Below, piece after piece: positions 1-10,274 of a stretch of DNA of 64,000 nucleotides (positions within the stretch are counted from its first letter, which is position 1; the number at the start of each line of letters is the position of its first letter). Under the pieces are notes generated by a model. The model was not told where the DNA came from. It was given only the letters and a program-made list of their open reading frames with translations, and made no database searches. Source of the stretch: an uncultured Gammaproteobacteria bacterium (GTDB lineage Bacteria > Patescibacteriota > Microgenomatia > Daviesbacterales > UBA10151); the NCBI GenBank assembly GCA_964504985.1, contig CAZDFU010000003.1, positions 822 through 64,821 of the forward strand, read 5' to 3'. A program made the position numbers and the translations under genes.

Positions 1-1
1 C

Positions 2-1315
2 TCCATACAAAGTCAGGGCTACAGTCCTTGGGATTGGGGTGGCTGTCATGGTTAAAAAATGTGGGATCTTGGCTTTGGAGCGCAAAAGTGAACGCTGCTT
101 GACTCCAAACCTTTGCTGCTCATCAATGATCACAAGCCCTGCATTTTTAGTATCTAATTTAGAAGAAAGTAAGGCATGGGTACCTACTATGATATTAGGG
201 GAAAGGGCCAAGCGTGAAGGGTGAAGGTTTTTTACTTTACCCTTTCCGGTTCCCCCTTTCCCCTTAGTAAACTTCCTGCTTCCGGTATATATAGCAACAT
301 GAATTCCAAATTTTGATAAAAGGTTTGTTAAAGTATTGTAATGTTGAAAAGCCAATATTTCTGTTGGGGCCATATAGATTGTTCTAAATCCATTTAGATT
401 GGTAAGGTAGGCTATTATAGCTGCCACCACTGTTTTGCCTGAGCCCACTTCTCCCTGAACCAACCTGTTCATGGGCTGTCCTTTTTTAAGGTCTTTTATA
501 ATTTCCCCAATAACCTTAAGTTGAGCTTTGGTTAATTTAAATGGTAAAGATTTAATAAATTTATCCAAAATTTGTGCGTCAACCTTAAAGGTTGCAACTG
601 AAATTTTTTTCTGCCATTTTACCCTGGCAGCTTGAGTTGCTAAAGTTACATAAAAAAGCTCATCAAAGCCTAACCTTTCCCTAGCTTTTTCTGCCTCAGC
701 CCAGTTATTTGGTAAGTGGATTTTGCTTAGTGCTTCAGGCAAAGACAACATTTTACCTTTGATAACTTCTGGTAAAGGGTCTTCAATTTGATTAATAACC
801 TTAGGAAGCAAGTCATTTATTTTTGTCAAAAGCCATTTAGAAGTAAGCCCTGCTGTTTCAGGATAAACAGCCACCAATTTTCCAGTGTGCAAAGACACCT
901 GCAAAGACACCAGGGGTGTTTTTTCCCATTTGGGCATGATAATAGAAAGTTTATTTTTATATTTGGTTAATTTTCCTGAGATCTGCAGCCTATCCCCTAC
1001 CTGGATTTGTTTACTCAGCCAGCTTTGGTTAAACCAGGTTAATTCAACTGGAGAGGTGCCATCATTAAAAATAGCTTTGGTTAAAATTTTTCTGGATCTT
1101 GTATAGATATTTTTAATAGACCAGATTTCTCCTTTTAAGGTAACCACCTGTCCAATCTGGGCATCTTTAATAGAGGTTTTTTGAGAAAAATCATCATAGC
1201 GGAAAGGAAAATGGTAAATTAAATCCTTTACAGTTAAAAGGTTAAGCCTTTCTAATTTATAAGATAAAGATGGACCAATTCCAGCAAGGCTTTTTAAAGG
1301 GGTATTTAAATCCAT
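2..1315 (-). CDS. recG: ATP-dependent DNA helicase RecG (5' part; runs off window start)
   Basis: Not in ORF track. Manual translation from ATG at 1315: MDLNTPLKSLAGIGP...YHFPFRYDDF, PMNRLVQGEVGSGKT, MAPTEILAFQH, IIVGTHAL, VIIDEQQRFGV, MTATPIPRT. Confidence 0.95.
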   Translation of the reverse strand, partial: MDLNTPLKSLAGIGPSLSYKLERLNLLTVKDLIYHFPFRYDDFSQKTSIKDAQIGQVVTLKGEIWSIKNIYTRSRKILTKAIFNDGTSPVELTWFNQSWLSKQIQVGDRLQISGKLTKYKNKLSIIMPKWEKTPLVSLQVSLHTGKLVAVYPETAGLTSKWLLTKINDLLPKVINQIEDPLPEVIKGKMLSLPEALSKIHLPNNWAEAEKARERLGFDELFYVTLATQAARVKWQKKISVATFKVDAQILDKFIKSLPFKLTKAQLKVIGEIIKDLKKGQPMNRLVQGEVGSGKTVVAAIIAYLTNLNGFRTIYMAPTEILAFQHYNTLTNLLSKFGIHVAIYTGSRKFTKGKGGTGKGKVKNLHPSRLALSPNIIVGTHALLSSKLDTKNAGLVIIDEQQRFGVKQRSLLRSKAKIPHFLTMTATPIPRTVALTLYG

Positions 1316-1347
1316 GAGGGAATTATATTACTAAGTGGAAAACAAAA

Positions 1348-3123
1348 CTATCTTTTAAAAAGAGTCTGTTTCACAATTTGTCTGGTTGATTGCCAATAAT
1401 CTTTAACTAAATCAGAAGCATAAGGATTTCCTTTAGTTGGTATTAACATCCAATCAGGAAGTTTTCCCTGCTGGGCTTCTTTAATAACTGTTGGGTTATC
1501 CCTTTGAATATCTGGATTATCTTTTATATTGTGAACTCTGATAACTCCTCCATCCCCAAAAAAAGGGTCATGAAATACATGCATTTGATTTTTATTTATT
1601 TCTGGAGTATGAGATTCAACTTTTCCAGCTGCCAGTGATTTGCCAAAGGCACCAGCTAATCCTCCTAAAAACTGCCAACTTCTGCTTAATAAATTAGTAT
1701 CAAAATCAGTTTGTATATTTTTGGAATCTATCTCTCCTTTTATAAAGTTTAAGACCTTGATCATAAATAAAGGATCTTTTTTAGCTTTTTCTCTGATTTT
1801 TTGACTTAAAGTCTCCAGAACCTCATTTTTTCTGTAACTTCTTTCATCCTCTTTGCCTCCTGGATTTTTATCTTCTGCCAATATATATCTCATAAGATCT
1901 GAGGTATTTATATCTCTGGTTCCTTTAGGAATATATTCTTCCCCATATTCAATACCATCTAACCTAAAGCTTGCAGTATCATGATCTTTAGGAATGGTTA
2001 AACTTAATTTACCATCAACAAGCTGATCAATTGCATTTTTTAATACAACATCCTTCATGACAATCTGGAAATCAGAAGACAAACCAGTTATTCTTTCGCA
2101 AATATTTCCCATTAGATCAAAGCCACCCTTTTTATAAATACTTCTGACCCTTTGTGTTTCCATTAAGTCATCTGGGAAACGTCTTTCCAGCTCAGGGACT
2201 CTAATATCACGGCTTAAATGAATTACACCTATTTCACCAGTGTTCATATCGTAAGATAATATTGTAGGTGCCCCGCTATATTGTTCGTATGTATCGCCGT
2301 GTTCTTCACTATAACCGAAGATAACCAAATTTATTCTATTTTCATTTAGCTCTTTATCAACACGGTGATAATATTCAGGGTCCTCTTTTTCCTTCTGTGC
2401 GCGTTTTCTCCTAGCTTCTTCCACAAAGGGCTTAATAATTTCTATAAAAAGGTTTAATTTCTCAGGAGATGGAGTATTTTCAGGGTTTGGGAGGTTGATT
2501 GGAGTGCGGGTAACTGTTGGGGTTTTTGTATCAATACGTTCTTGAGGTAAGGTATCTCTGAGGATTTTTGCTCCAACAGTTGCTGCTGTTCCCATTGCTG
2601 CAACTTTTAAAAATTTTCTTCTGCTTAAATTTCCAGTTTTCCTGTCAAATTTTAATTTCTCAAGTTCCTGTTCAAGTAGTCTTAAAGCAGCATATTTTCC
2701 AAATAGAAGCTGCATTTTATCTACTAAATCCAAACGTAGATTAGGATCTCTAAGAATAGCTGTGTGCATTCTGTCAGCTGCCCACCCTTTTTCAGGAATT
2801 CTTCCTCCTACAGCTATAACCTGAGCTCTTCTGATAATTTCATAAGCAATTTTAGCTTCCCTCTTTGGTACCAGAGCTTGAGTTGCATCCCATAACCTGT
2901 CAGGGTCAACACTATTTTTTCCTGAGGCTTCTGTTATAAAATTGCGTTCTCTTTCTATTTCCCCGGGAGGTTGGTTAATTTTATCAACGACAGTTTTTAA
3001 TTTATTTCCCAATGTATTTGCTAAATAAAGGCTTTCTTTTCTGTCTAAACCTTTTAAAACTTCTAAATTTCCAACAAATGCTCTTTCAACAGGTGAAACA
3101 GGTGGAGCTAATCCTTCAGTCAT
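1348..3123 (-). CDS. LytR-CpsA-Psr (LCP) family protein with long N-terminal extension and internal SRRKFLK + hydrophobic anchor
   Basis: INLVIFG, IHLSRDIRVP, ERITGLSSD, DERSYRKNEVL resemble LCP motifs; membrane anchor at about aa 167-187. Confidence 0.75.
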   Translation of the reverse strand: MTEGLAPPVSPVERAFVGNLEVLKGLDRKESLYLANTLGNKLKTVVDKINQPPGEIERERNFITEASGKNSVDPDRLWDATQALVPKREAKIAYEIIRRAQVIAVGGRIPEKGWAADRMHTAILRDPNLRLDLVDKMQLLFGKYAALRLLEQELEKLKFDRKTGNLSRRKFLKVAAMGTAATVGAKILRDTLPQERIDTKTPTVTRTPINLPNPENTPSPEKLNLFIEIIKPFVEEARRKRAQKEKEDPEYYHRVDKELNENRINLVIFGYSEEHGDTYEQYSGAPTILSYDMNTGEIGVIHLSRDIRVPELERRFPDDLMETQRVRSIYKKGGFDLMGNICERITGLSSDFQIVMKDVVLKNAIDQLVDGKLSLTIPKDHDTASFRLDGIEYGEEYIPKGTRDINTSDLMRYILAEDKNPGGKEDERSYRKNEVLETLSQKIREKAKKDPLFMIKVLNFIKGEIDSKNIQTDFDTNLLSRSWQFLGGLAGAFGKSLAAGKVESHTPEINKNQMHVFHDPFFGDGGVIRVHNIKDNPDIQRDNPTVIKEAQQGKLPDWMLIPTKGNPYASDLVKDYWQSTRQIVKQTLFKR

Positions 3124-5465
3124 ATTGATTGATCTGGTATGATTTCTTCAAGCAGGTTGTTGGAAAGATTTTTGCCATAGTTAATTTTGAGTCCTGCTTT
3201 TTGGGCTAAGTCTTCAAGATAATCTTTTTTATGCTGTTCTATCAGGTTGTTTAGTTTAAGATAAGTAATTGTTGTTTTGATTCCATTTTTAAAAGCCTGA
3301 ATTATTTCCTCTTGAGTTGACTGAGGATTTCGTAAAATACTGATATATTCTATTGCTGCATTATAATATTCATTTAGAGCTTTATCTTGGAGAGGAATAA
3401 AAGAACGATCTGCATCGGCTTCTTTTATAATTCTATCAATGGTAGAAGATTCATCCTCATTACTGCTTTGACCTTCCTGAATGCCCTTCATATAATTTGA
3501 AAGGCTTTCCTGTAAATCCTGTGGGGCAGAGGCAAACATTCTTTTTAACAGTGCTATTTGCTGATCTGAGGGTGGTTTTTCGGCTGAGTAGTTCCATCTT
3601 TCAAATGGGAACCTGAAAGAGTCCAAATTATTACTATGCTTATTTTCTATGACAAAAGTGACAATACTTTCATCTTCCGCTAAATTAAGAACCTGGCTTA
3701 ATTCTGCTTCAAGATCTATTTTTTCATTCTCCCGGTTCTCTTGTTCAGTAACCGTTTCCTCTTTTGGTGTTACTGCTACTAATTGACGGAGTCTTAATAC
3801 AATGTCACTTACCCTTGCTCTTACATTTTCAGGTTCTTCTATCAATTCATCTGCTGGAAGAGCGGTATTAGATCCTTCAACAATGTAGTAGATTCTTCCA
3901 TCCCCAGAAGTACCTGCAATGCCTGTTACTTGAACAGGAATATCTGAACCAGCGTTTTTCCAAATCATTCGTCTGGGTACAAATTCTGTAGCTGGATTGG
4001 TAGTTTCAGGTTCTGTAGGGACAGGATATGTTAGAGGTTCAATTGTAGTTTCTTCTGGTTTTGCCAGTCCAACTAAATCTCTCTCATCTGGGATTGTTTC
4101 TTCAATTGAAGCTGGCTCCCCAGGTGTTGGTTGGTTTGGGGCGGGTTCAATTTTTACCTTTTTCCCTTTTACCAATTCCTCAATTTTAGCAACTGCAAGG
4201 CCAATATCATCTGTCCCGCCTGCATTTTGGGCTTTCTTAATGAGCTCTCTAACAGCATCCTCAGGATTTTTGCTTTTAGATAAAATTTTGGCAATTGTAT
4301 TATCCGGCAATGGTCCCCAAAGGCCGTCTGTACAAAGAAGGATCTGGTCTCCTTTTTCAAGCCTGTAAGGACCGTGTACTTTATCACTTCTGACGTCCCG
4401 TAAATCAGGTTCAACACCAATGGCCTCAGTAATAAAATTTTGTGCAGCCCTGGGATCTGTCCTTTCTCTTTCAGAGTGATCCGTTGTTAACCTGTTTAAC
4501 GCGCCTTTTCTTAAGAGGTATACTCTGCTATCTCCCGCGTGGGCTATATATAACTCATGCCCTTGAATTATGGCAACAACAAGTGTAGTGCCCATTCTTT
4601 CTGATTGCTCTGGTTTGTATACTGCCTTATTAGCTTTATTTAGAGCATTTACTAAGAATTCAGGGGGAGATACCATGTCTTCTTGTGCAAATTTGTAAAG
4701 TACTTGTTCAATTGCTGTATTGCTGGCTATCTCTCCTGATCTAAGTCCTCCCACACCATCAGCTGCTGCAAGTATAGTCCCTTTGGCTAAGTTTCTTATT
4801 TTTTCCTCTGTAAACGGGGCAGCCTCAGGAGTATCTGGGTGCACATAACCAACACTATCCTGGTTTATAGAGCGTTCTGTACCTCTAACTTTACTTGCAA
4901 ATAGGTCTATTTTTGCAAAGGGTTCTAGTTCTACCATCCCCTCTTCTTCCGGGGTTGTGACCTCATCCATTATTTTTAAAAGCAAAGGTAAGGCAGCATG
5001 TTGACCAAACAGTAGCTGCCTTTGATTTAATAAGTCTAAACGGTAATTTTCTGGATCAGAGATTAGAGTTTGATGAATTTTTTCAGCATTCCATTCCTCA
5101 CCTTCAGGAATCTTGCCTCCTACTGCCATTACCTGAGCTTTTCTTACAGTCTGATAAGCTATTTCAGCTTGATTTTTAGGATACAATGTATGAGTTATTA
5201 CCCAAAGCTCATCTGGATCATTTATATCTACAATGTCAGTAATCTCTGGCTTTCTTTTCCTTCCCAACCCCAGAAAACCTTTTTTATTCCGTGAATCTAT
5301 TTTATTTCTAACATAATCATATTCTCTTTTGTCCTCCTCTGGGGTTTTATAAGAAGCATCGCCTGCTTGTTTTAATTCTTCAGCCAGCATGTTTGATATT
5401 CTGGTAATTTGATCTGGAGTTTGGACAGTTAAGCTTTCCGGGATTTGAGACGGTATTTCTCGCAT
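3120..5465 (-). CDS. PP2C/PrpC-type Ser/Thr protein phosphatase with N- and C-terminal extensions
   Basis: NQDS, AADGVGG, MGTTLV, AHAGDSRVY, LTTDHS, LLCTDGL, GGTDDI motifs. Confidence 0.9.
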   Translation of the reverse strand: MREIPSQIPESLTVQTPDQITRISNMLAEELKQAGDASYKTPEEDKREYDYVRNKIDSRNKKGFLGLGRKRKPEITDIVDINDPDELWVITHTLYPKNQAEIAYQTVRKAQVMAVGGKIPEGEEWNAEKIHQTLISDPENYRLDLLNQRQLLFGQHAALPLLLKIMDEVTTPEEEGMVELEPFAKIDLFASKVRGTERSINQDSVGYVHPDTPEAAPFTEEKIRNLAKGTILAAADGVGGLRSGEIASNTAIEQVLYKFAQEDMVSPPEFLVNALNKANKAVYKPEQSERMGTTLVVAIIQGHELYIAHAGDSRVYLLRKGALNRLTTDHSERERTDPRAAQNFITEAIGVEPDLRDVRSDKVHGPYRLEKGDQILLCTDGLWGPLPDNTIAKILSKSKNPEDAVRELIKKAQNAGGTDDIGLAVAKIEELVKGKKVKIEPAPNQPTPGEPASIEETIPDERDLVGLAKPEETTIEPLTYPVPTEPETTNPATEFVPRRMIWKNAGSDIPVQVTGIAGTSGDGRIYYIVEGSNTALPADELIEEPENVRARVSDIVLRLRQLVAVTPKEETVTEQENRENEKIDLEAELSQVLNLAEDESIVTFVIENKHSNNLDSFRFPFERWNYSAEKPPSDQQIALLKRMFASAPQDLQESLSNYMKGIQEGQSSNEDESSTIDRIIKEADADRSFIPLQDKALNEYYNAAIEYISILRNPQSTQEEIIQAFKNGIKTTITYLKLNNLIEQHKKDYLEDLAQKAGLKINYGKNLSNNLLEEIIPDQSI

Positions 5466-5474
5466 AGTTTTCCT

Positions 5475-5801
5475 TTAGTTTAATTTTTGTGGATTTTGTT
5501 TTAAGTCTGTAACAACCTTTTGCAGCTCCTGTTCCAGCTGTTCTGCTAGAAATGGAATTTGGGAGGCATATTCTTCTATTTTTTCCTTCATTTGGGGGCT
5601 GTCAGCAGAAAGATCTTTTAAAGAAGAAAGCTGTTCTTCATTTAAATTATCAACAATAACATCAATAATTACCCCATCCAAATATGTTCTAATCTTTTCA
5701 GATAAAGGTATTCTTTGATCTTCTGGGAGACTGGTAAAACCTGGTGAAGCAAGCACTTCTTTAACTAAATTATCTAAATATTGGTTAATCTTTTGATCCA
5801 T
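5475..5801 (-). CDS. Small helical hypothetical protein (DUF5663-like, CPR-type)
   Basis: 108 aa; helical acidic pattern resembling CPR DUF5663 from memory. Confidence 0.5.
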   Translation of the reverse strand: MDQKINQYLDNLVKEVLASPGFTSLPEDQRIPLSEKIRTYLDGVIIDVIVDNLNEEQLSSLKDLSADSPQMKEKIEEYASQIPFLAEQLEQELQKVVTDLKQNPQKLN

Positions 5802-5802
5802 T

Positions 5803-7368
5803 TTATTTTTGTGCTATTTTTGTTATCACATCTTTTACTAAACCAAACTTCAAAGGTTCTCCTGGGGGTAACATTCTTGCATCTACTCCTTGCATTAAGC
5901 CCCATTCTGGAACTTTAAATCCTTGTCTTTCAGCTAATGCAAAGGATACCTTAAAAACGTTCTGATTAGTAGGTTCTACCCCAATAGATTCTAAATATTT
6001 AGCAGTTGTATCCCAGATATTTGACTCCTTTTCTAATAGTACTTCATCAGGTGCAGAAGCTATATTTTCTGGAATCTGAAGTTGGGATTCAGGAGCAGGA
6101 GGTTGTTGTAGTGTTCCATCTGGAGGTTGTGCTGGTGTTTCTCCAGATATACCTGTAGCAGGGGTTTGTGGTTGGGCAGGAGAAGGAGTTTCAAGTGCAG
6201 CTGTATCTGGAGAAGATTCTATAACTTGCCCAGTTTGGGGTACCTGGGTGGCAGGCGCTGGACTTGGTTCTACTCCAGGTACACTAGCAGGTGTTTCTGA
6301 AGGAATAGGAGCGGAGGCTGGTGCTGGAGGAGGAGCATAAGCAGGTTCAGGCATTTTAGCTGGTGCAGGAGATGAGGCTGGCTGTGGAGCAACAGCTTGA
6401 GCAGCTTCAGGTGAAGCTGTAGGGGCAGCAGTTGCTGTGGAGGATTCTCCAAAACTTTGCTGTACTTGGTTAACCTGCTCAGGGACTTGTGGCAACCTGA
6501 TCTCAGGTGCCTTAATTTCTGGTAATTCAACTTTAGGCATGTTGATTTGAGGTAGTTGAACTTCGACACTTTTAATTGTTTGTCCAGGAATAGATTTAAC
6601 ATTTTCCCAGACGCTTTTTGCTGTAGTTGCTCCGGAAGAAGCAGTTTCCCGGACTGCCCCAACAACTGCTTTACTGGCTGCTGCCACTTGTTCTTGTATC
6701 CACTCATTTTCTAAGGCTAAACTAATAACAGTATTGGCAGCCACACCACCTACTGCTCCCATAGCAGCTCCTTTTAAGCCTGCCATGGCAATTGCTCTGC
6801 CGTCTTTAATCTTTAATTTATGTTTTAATTCTCCAACAAGATTAGCCTGATAAGTGGTTTCATTATAATTTCTGCGCTGGCGCATGTACTCTTTTGCTAC
6901 TCCAGAGATTCCACCTCCAGCAGCACCCAAAATTGCCATTTCTACCACCCCAACACCAGTCATGCTGGTGGCAATTTTTAAACCTGTTTTAAATGTTCCA
7001 GCTGCTACTGCTCCAACAGCTGCATCTGCTAACATATCTGATAATTTCTGGCCGAATACTCTTTTCTCACCCAAATTTTGAACTGTTTTTTTGGTGATAA
7101 CAGCCATTTCTGCAATATTGGGTTTTCTTGCAGAAAACTTTTCTGAAAGATTGGAAAAAGCATTTCTTATTGGGATTGAGCTTAAGAATTCATTAACTTT
7201 TGATGCTGCCTCACCTATTTTTTTTCTTGGGCTTTCTGGGGCGTTACCTCTTTGGTTCCAGGGGATTCTATTAGGATTTGGTCCTCTTGCAGGGCCCGAA
7301 TCTGTGTTAGCTTCCCGTTGGGGCATTCCCCATGAATTTCCTTCAGGCATATGAGTTAATTTTCTCAA
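5803..7368 (-). CDS. Membrane protein with glycine-zipper helices, Pro/Ala-rich linker and C-terminal LysM-like domain (start uncertain, likely ATG at 7350)
   Basis: GAVAAG, GAAGGGISG, GAAMGAVGG helices; PAPA-rich stalk; C-terminal EKESNIWDTT...LPPGEPLKF. Confidence 0.55.
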   Translation of the reverse strand: MRKLTHMPEGNSWGMPQREANTDSGPARGPNPNRIPWNQRGNAPESPRKKIGEAASKVNEFLSSIPIRNAFSNLSEKFSARKPNIAEMAVITKKTVQNLGEKRVFGQKLSDMLADAAVGAVAAGTFKTGLKIATSMTGVGVVEMAILGAAGGGISGVAKEYMRQRRNYNETTYQANLVGELKHKLKIKDGRAIAMAGLKGAAMGAVGGVAANTVISLALENEWIQEQVAAASKAVVGAVRETASSGATTAKSVWENVKSIPGQTIKSVEVQLPQINMPKVELPEIKAPEIRLPQVPEQVNQVQQSFGESSTATAAPTASPEAAQAVAPQPASSPAPAKMPEPAYAPPPAPASAPIPSETPASVPGVEPSPAPATQVPQTGQVIESSPDTAALETPSPAQPQTPATGISGETPAQPPDGTLQQPPAPESQLQIPENIASAPDEVLLEKESNIWDTTAKYLESIGVEPTNQNVFKVSFALAERQGFKVPEWGLMQGVDARMLPPGEPLKFGLVKDVITKIAQK

Positions 7369-7502
7369 AGATCAAAGAGTAAGTCAAATTTTTAAACAGA
7401 TAAAAGAAGAGGCAGGAAAGAGAAGATCAAAATGGATATTCCTGCAATTATAGATAAAATGATCCAGACTATTTTAAATTTTTTGTTATACATATAAATT
7501 TT

Positions 7503-8624
7503 CTAGGTGTGAGTTGTTAGTTTCTCTATTTCCTCCAAAGCTGCCTTTCTTTTTGGGTCTTCAAAATAGCTTCTAACTGGTTCAAGTTTTTCAATTATCC
7601 ATTCTGCCACAGCTTTTTTTAAATCCTGAGGGTGAAGCTTTTTTTCAGCATAATCTTTTTCCAGCTCCTCATATGAGGAATAGCTTAAATTTCCACCCCA
7701 TCTTTCATCTCTGTTAACTTCTAAAGTAGTTTTTGAATAAAATATTAAATACCTTGTCCAGTTTAAAATTGGATTTCCTTCAATAATCCCTTCTGGAGCA
7801 TAAGCATCATTTATTTTTTTCCTTATTTCCTCTTCTGTGTCATGGATAGATATACCACTGCCAGGTTTAGATTTGCTCATTTTATTTTTCATAGCTGCTT
7901 CATCAGCTTCCCCGCCGCTGTCTGCTGGTCCTGATAAACTAAGCAAAATTGGGTGATGTATGGCTACAGGTTTTATTTGATTGCCTTTAATATCTTTTAA
8001 GGGGTTTGTTTTAACCTGCATGGCAGCGTCTTTGGCAATCACATGTACCTTTCTTTGGTCAATTCCTGCATGAGCTATATTTGCTCCAAGTAAAAATATA
8101 TCTGCTGCCTGCATAATAGGATAAAACAGTTTATCTGTAGGCATTGAGTCGTCTGATTGATCTCTGCCCATGATGGTGATAGACCTTTTGGTTCTTGCCA
8201 GGGTAGTGGTTTTTCCTATTTCCAAAAGAGTCAGCCAAAAATCAGGGTTTTTTGCATATGTTTCTGAAGTCAGTTTAAAGATTAGTTTTTCAGGATCCCC
8301 TCCTATTAAGGTAAATAAAGCCTTGATAGCTTCTTCAAAATAATCTTTGGCTATTTTTTTAATAATCTCTAAATCGCCTCCTAATTTATCATTAATGGCT
8401 GAATGCAGATCTGCCAGCCAAATTAAAGTTTCTGCCCCGGCATCTTGCAGATCTTTAACCTTTAAAAGAGTAAATAAGTAGCCTAAATGCAGTTTTCCTG
8501 AAATCTCAAAACCAATATAATGTTTTAAGGGAGTATCTGAATTAATAAGTTCTTTTAATTCGTCTTCAGTTAAAACTTCCTCCAGGTTCCTGGTGATTAA
8601 ATTAAATTTTTCCTCATTGTTCAT
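7503..8624 (-). CDS. tyrS: Tyrosine--tRNA ligase, archaeal/eukaryotic type
   Basis: YIGFEISGKLHLG, YPIMQAAD, GIDQRKVH, KMSKS, LHPQDLK; no bacterial C-terminal S4 domain. Confidence 0.92.
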   Translation of the reverse strand: MNNEEKFNLITRNLEEVLTEDELKELINSDTPLKHYIGFEISGKLHLGYLFTLLKVKDLQDAGAETLIWLADLHSAINDKLGGDLEIIKKIAKDYFEEAIKALFTLIGGDPEKLIFKLTSETYAKNPDFWLTLLEIGKTTTLARTKRSITIMGRDQSDDSMPTDKLFYPIMQAADIFLLGANIAHAGIDQRKVHVIAKDAAMQVKTNPLKDIKGNQIKPVAIHHPILLSLSGPADSGGEADEAAMKNKMSKSKPGSGISIHDTEEEIRKKINDAYAPEGIIEGNPILNWTRYLIFYSKTTLEVNRDERWGGNLSYSSYEELEKDYAEKKLHPQDLKKAVAEWIIEKLEPVRSYFEDPKRKAALEEIEKLTTHT

Positions 8625-8649
8625 ATGGTAATATTAACACAGCTTAGGT

Positions 8650-10224
8650 ATGTCTAAAAATATTACTAAATTAACTTCTGCATTGGTGGCAGCTTATGAT
8701 CAGGTTTACTCATCTTCTGATGACAGGACTATCTCTGTGAACCCTTTGATAGCAGAACTTGCTACCTGGTATGAAAAGTTCCGTACATCTATGGATTACA
8801 GGGAGGATGAAGTAATCTTAAGAGCTGCAATTGAGAGGATTTTAAGAAGACGTTTGCTTTTAAGGGGAGGAGGCGGCGAAGCGGTTGCTGCTCCCTTAAT
8901 CCGGGAATTGATTTGGGCCCGCTATTTTCCTGATGCTTTTGTCCCCCAGTCCGCTGTTGAGAAAGTTACTGATATTATCAATCTTTACCTTAATCTTGAG
9001 AAAAAAATTAATGAGCATCACAGGATCAACCATGGCCAGGTTTATGATTGGATTGTTCATCTTCTTTCTTCTGAGATTGAGGATATTTTAAAGCCTGGTA
9101 ATGAAAAAGATTTGATGGCCCATTACATCTATCAGATTTTTAAAGACAGGATTACCATAAGTGATGATTCAGAAGAAACAAAAGATATTCAGGTGTTTAT
9201 TGCTGTGAGGCGTTCTTATGCTAATGATGATTTGGCACTTTTGCGGTTTAGATTGTTCAGGCAATATTTTGGCAAAGTTACTTCAGAGAATGTAGACACA
9301 ATTGCCAAGCTCTTTCTTGAGGCAAAACATAAATTTGAAATGCATTTTAAATATCCTGCCAAAGATAAGATCTATAACTACATAAAAAAAGAAATGATCC
9401 CCTTTTTGATTTTGGATGATGTTTTCCAAAAAAACCGCGGTAAAGTTGGCCAGCTTGTTTTGGATGAAGACCATCTGGGTACAGAAGTATTGGCAGCTTG
9501 TAATACCCGGTATAAGACTATATCTGGTAAGGTACGAAGGGCAATTGTCAGAAGTGTTATTTTTATCTTTATGACTAAGGCTGTTTTTGCTTTATTTGTG
9601 GAAGGAGCGTTTGAAAGGTTTTTATATGGCAAGATTATTTGGTCATCAATTGTTTTAAATACTTTAACTCCTCCGGCTTTGATGATTTTGGTGGGATCTT
9701 TAATTCAAACTCCCAATAGAGAAAACTCCTTTAGGATTCTTAAAAAAATAAATACTGTTTTGTATGATGAGAATCCTTCTCTTGATGCTCCTTTAATTGT
9801 GAGGAAAAAACCCAGTAAAACTGATCCTTTGCTTTGGAGTTTATTTATTATACTTTGGTTAACTACTTTTGCCTTAAGTTTTGGGGGGATAATTTTTATA
9901 TTAAATAAGTTTAAGATTAATCCCCTGTCCCAGGTGGTTTTTGTGTTCTTTCTGGCAATTGTTTCCTTTGTTTCATTTAGGATTAACAGAACAGCCCATA
10001 TGTATATATTAAAGGTAAGAAAAGATAATTTAGGTTCATTATTTTTTGACTTTTTCTTTATGCCTTTTATACAAGTAGGAAGAAAATTAACTCAAGCAGT
10101 TTCACAAATAAATATTATTCTTTTTATTTTTGATTTTATAATTGAGACTCCCTTTAAGGGTATAGCTGCTTTTTTTGAACAATGGTTACTCTTTTTAAGA
10201 ACCCAAAGAGAAAAGTTAGATTAG
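8650..10224 (+). CDS. Hypothetical multi-pass membrane protein
   Basis: 524 aa ORF; soluble helical N-terminal half, several hydrophobic segments in the C-terminal half. Confidence 0.75.
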   Translation: MSKNITKLTSALVAAYDQVYSSSDDRTISVNPLIAELATWYEKFRTSMDYREDEVILRAAIERILRRRLLLRGGGGEAVAAPLIRELIWARYFPDAFVPQSAVEKVTDIINLYLNLEKKINEHHRINHGQVYDWIVHLLSSEIEDILKPGNEKDLMAHYIYQIFKDRITISDDSEETKDIQVFIAVRRSYANDDLALLRFRLFRQYFGKVTSENVDTIAKLFLEAKHKFEMHFKYPAKDKIYNYIKKEMIPFLILDDVFQKNRGKVGQLVLDEDHLGTEVLAACNTRYKTISGKVRRAIVRSVIFIFMTKAVFALFVEGAFERFLYGKIIWSSIVLNTLTPPALMILVGSLIQTPNRENSFRILKKINTVLYDENPSLDAPLIVRKKPSKTDPLLWSLFIILWLTTFALSFGGIIFILNKFKINPLSQVVFVFFLAIVSFVSFRINRTAHMYILKVRKDNLGSLFFDFFFMPFIQVGRKLTQAVSQINIILFIFDFIIETPFKGIAAFFEQWLLFLRTQREKLD

Positions 10225-10274
10225 CCTCTTTTAAGTTGATTTTTTAACCCACTTATTATATACTATAGGTTTAT

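Noticed and set aside
39-1106. Short plus-strand ORFs (61, 60, 73 aa)
   Set aside because: Antisense shadows of recG, which the ORF track missed because it runs off the window.
2560-2625. SRRKFLK as a functional Tat signal in the LCP protein
   Set aside because: It lies about 165 aa from the start and no tat genes are in view; treated only as a membrane-anchor motif.
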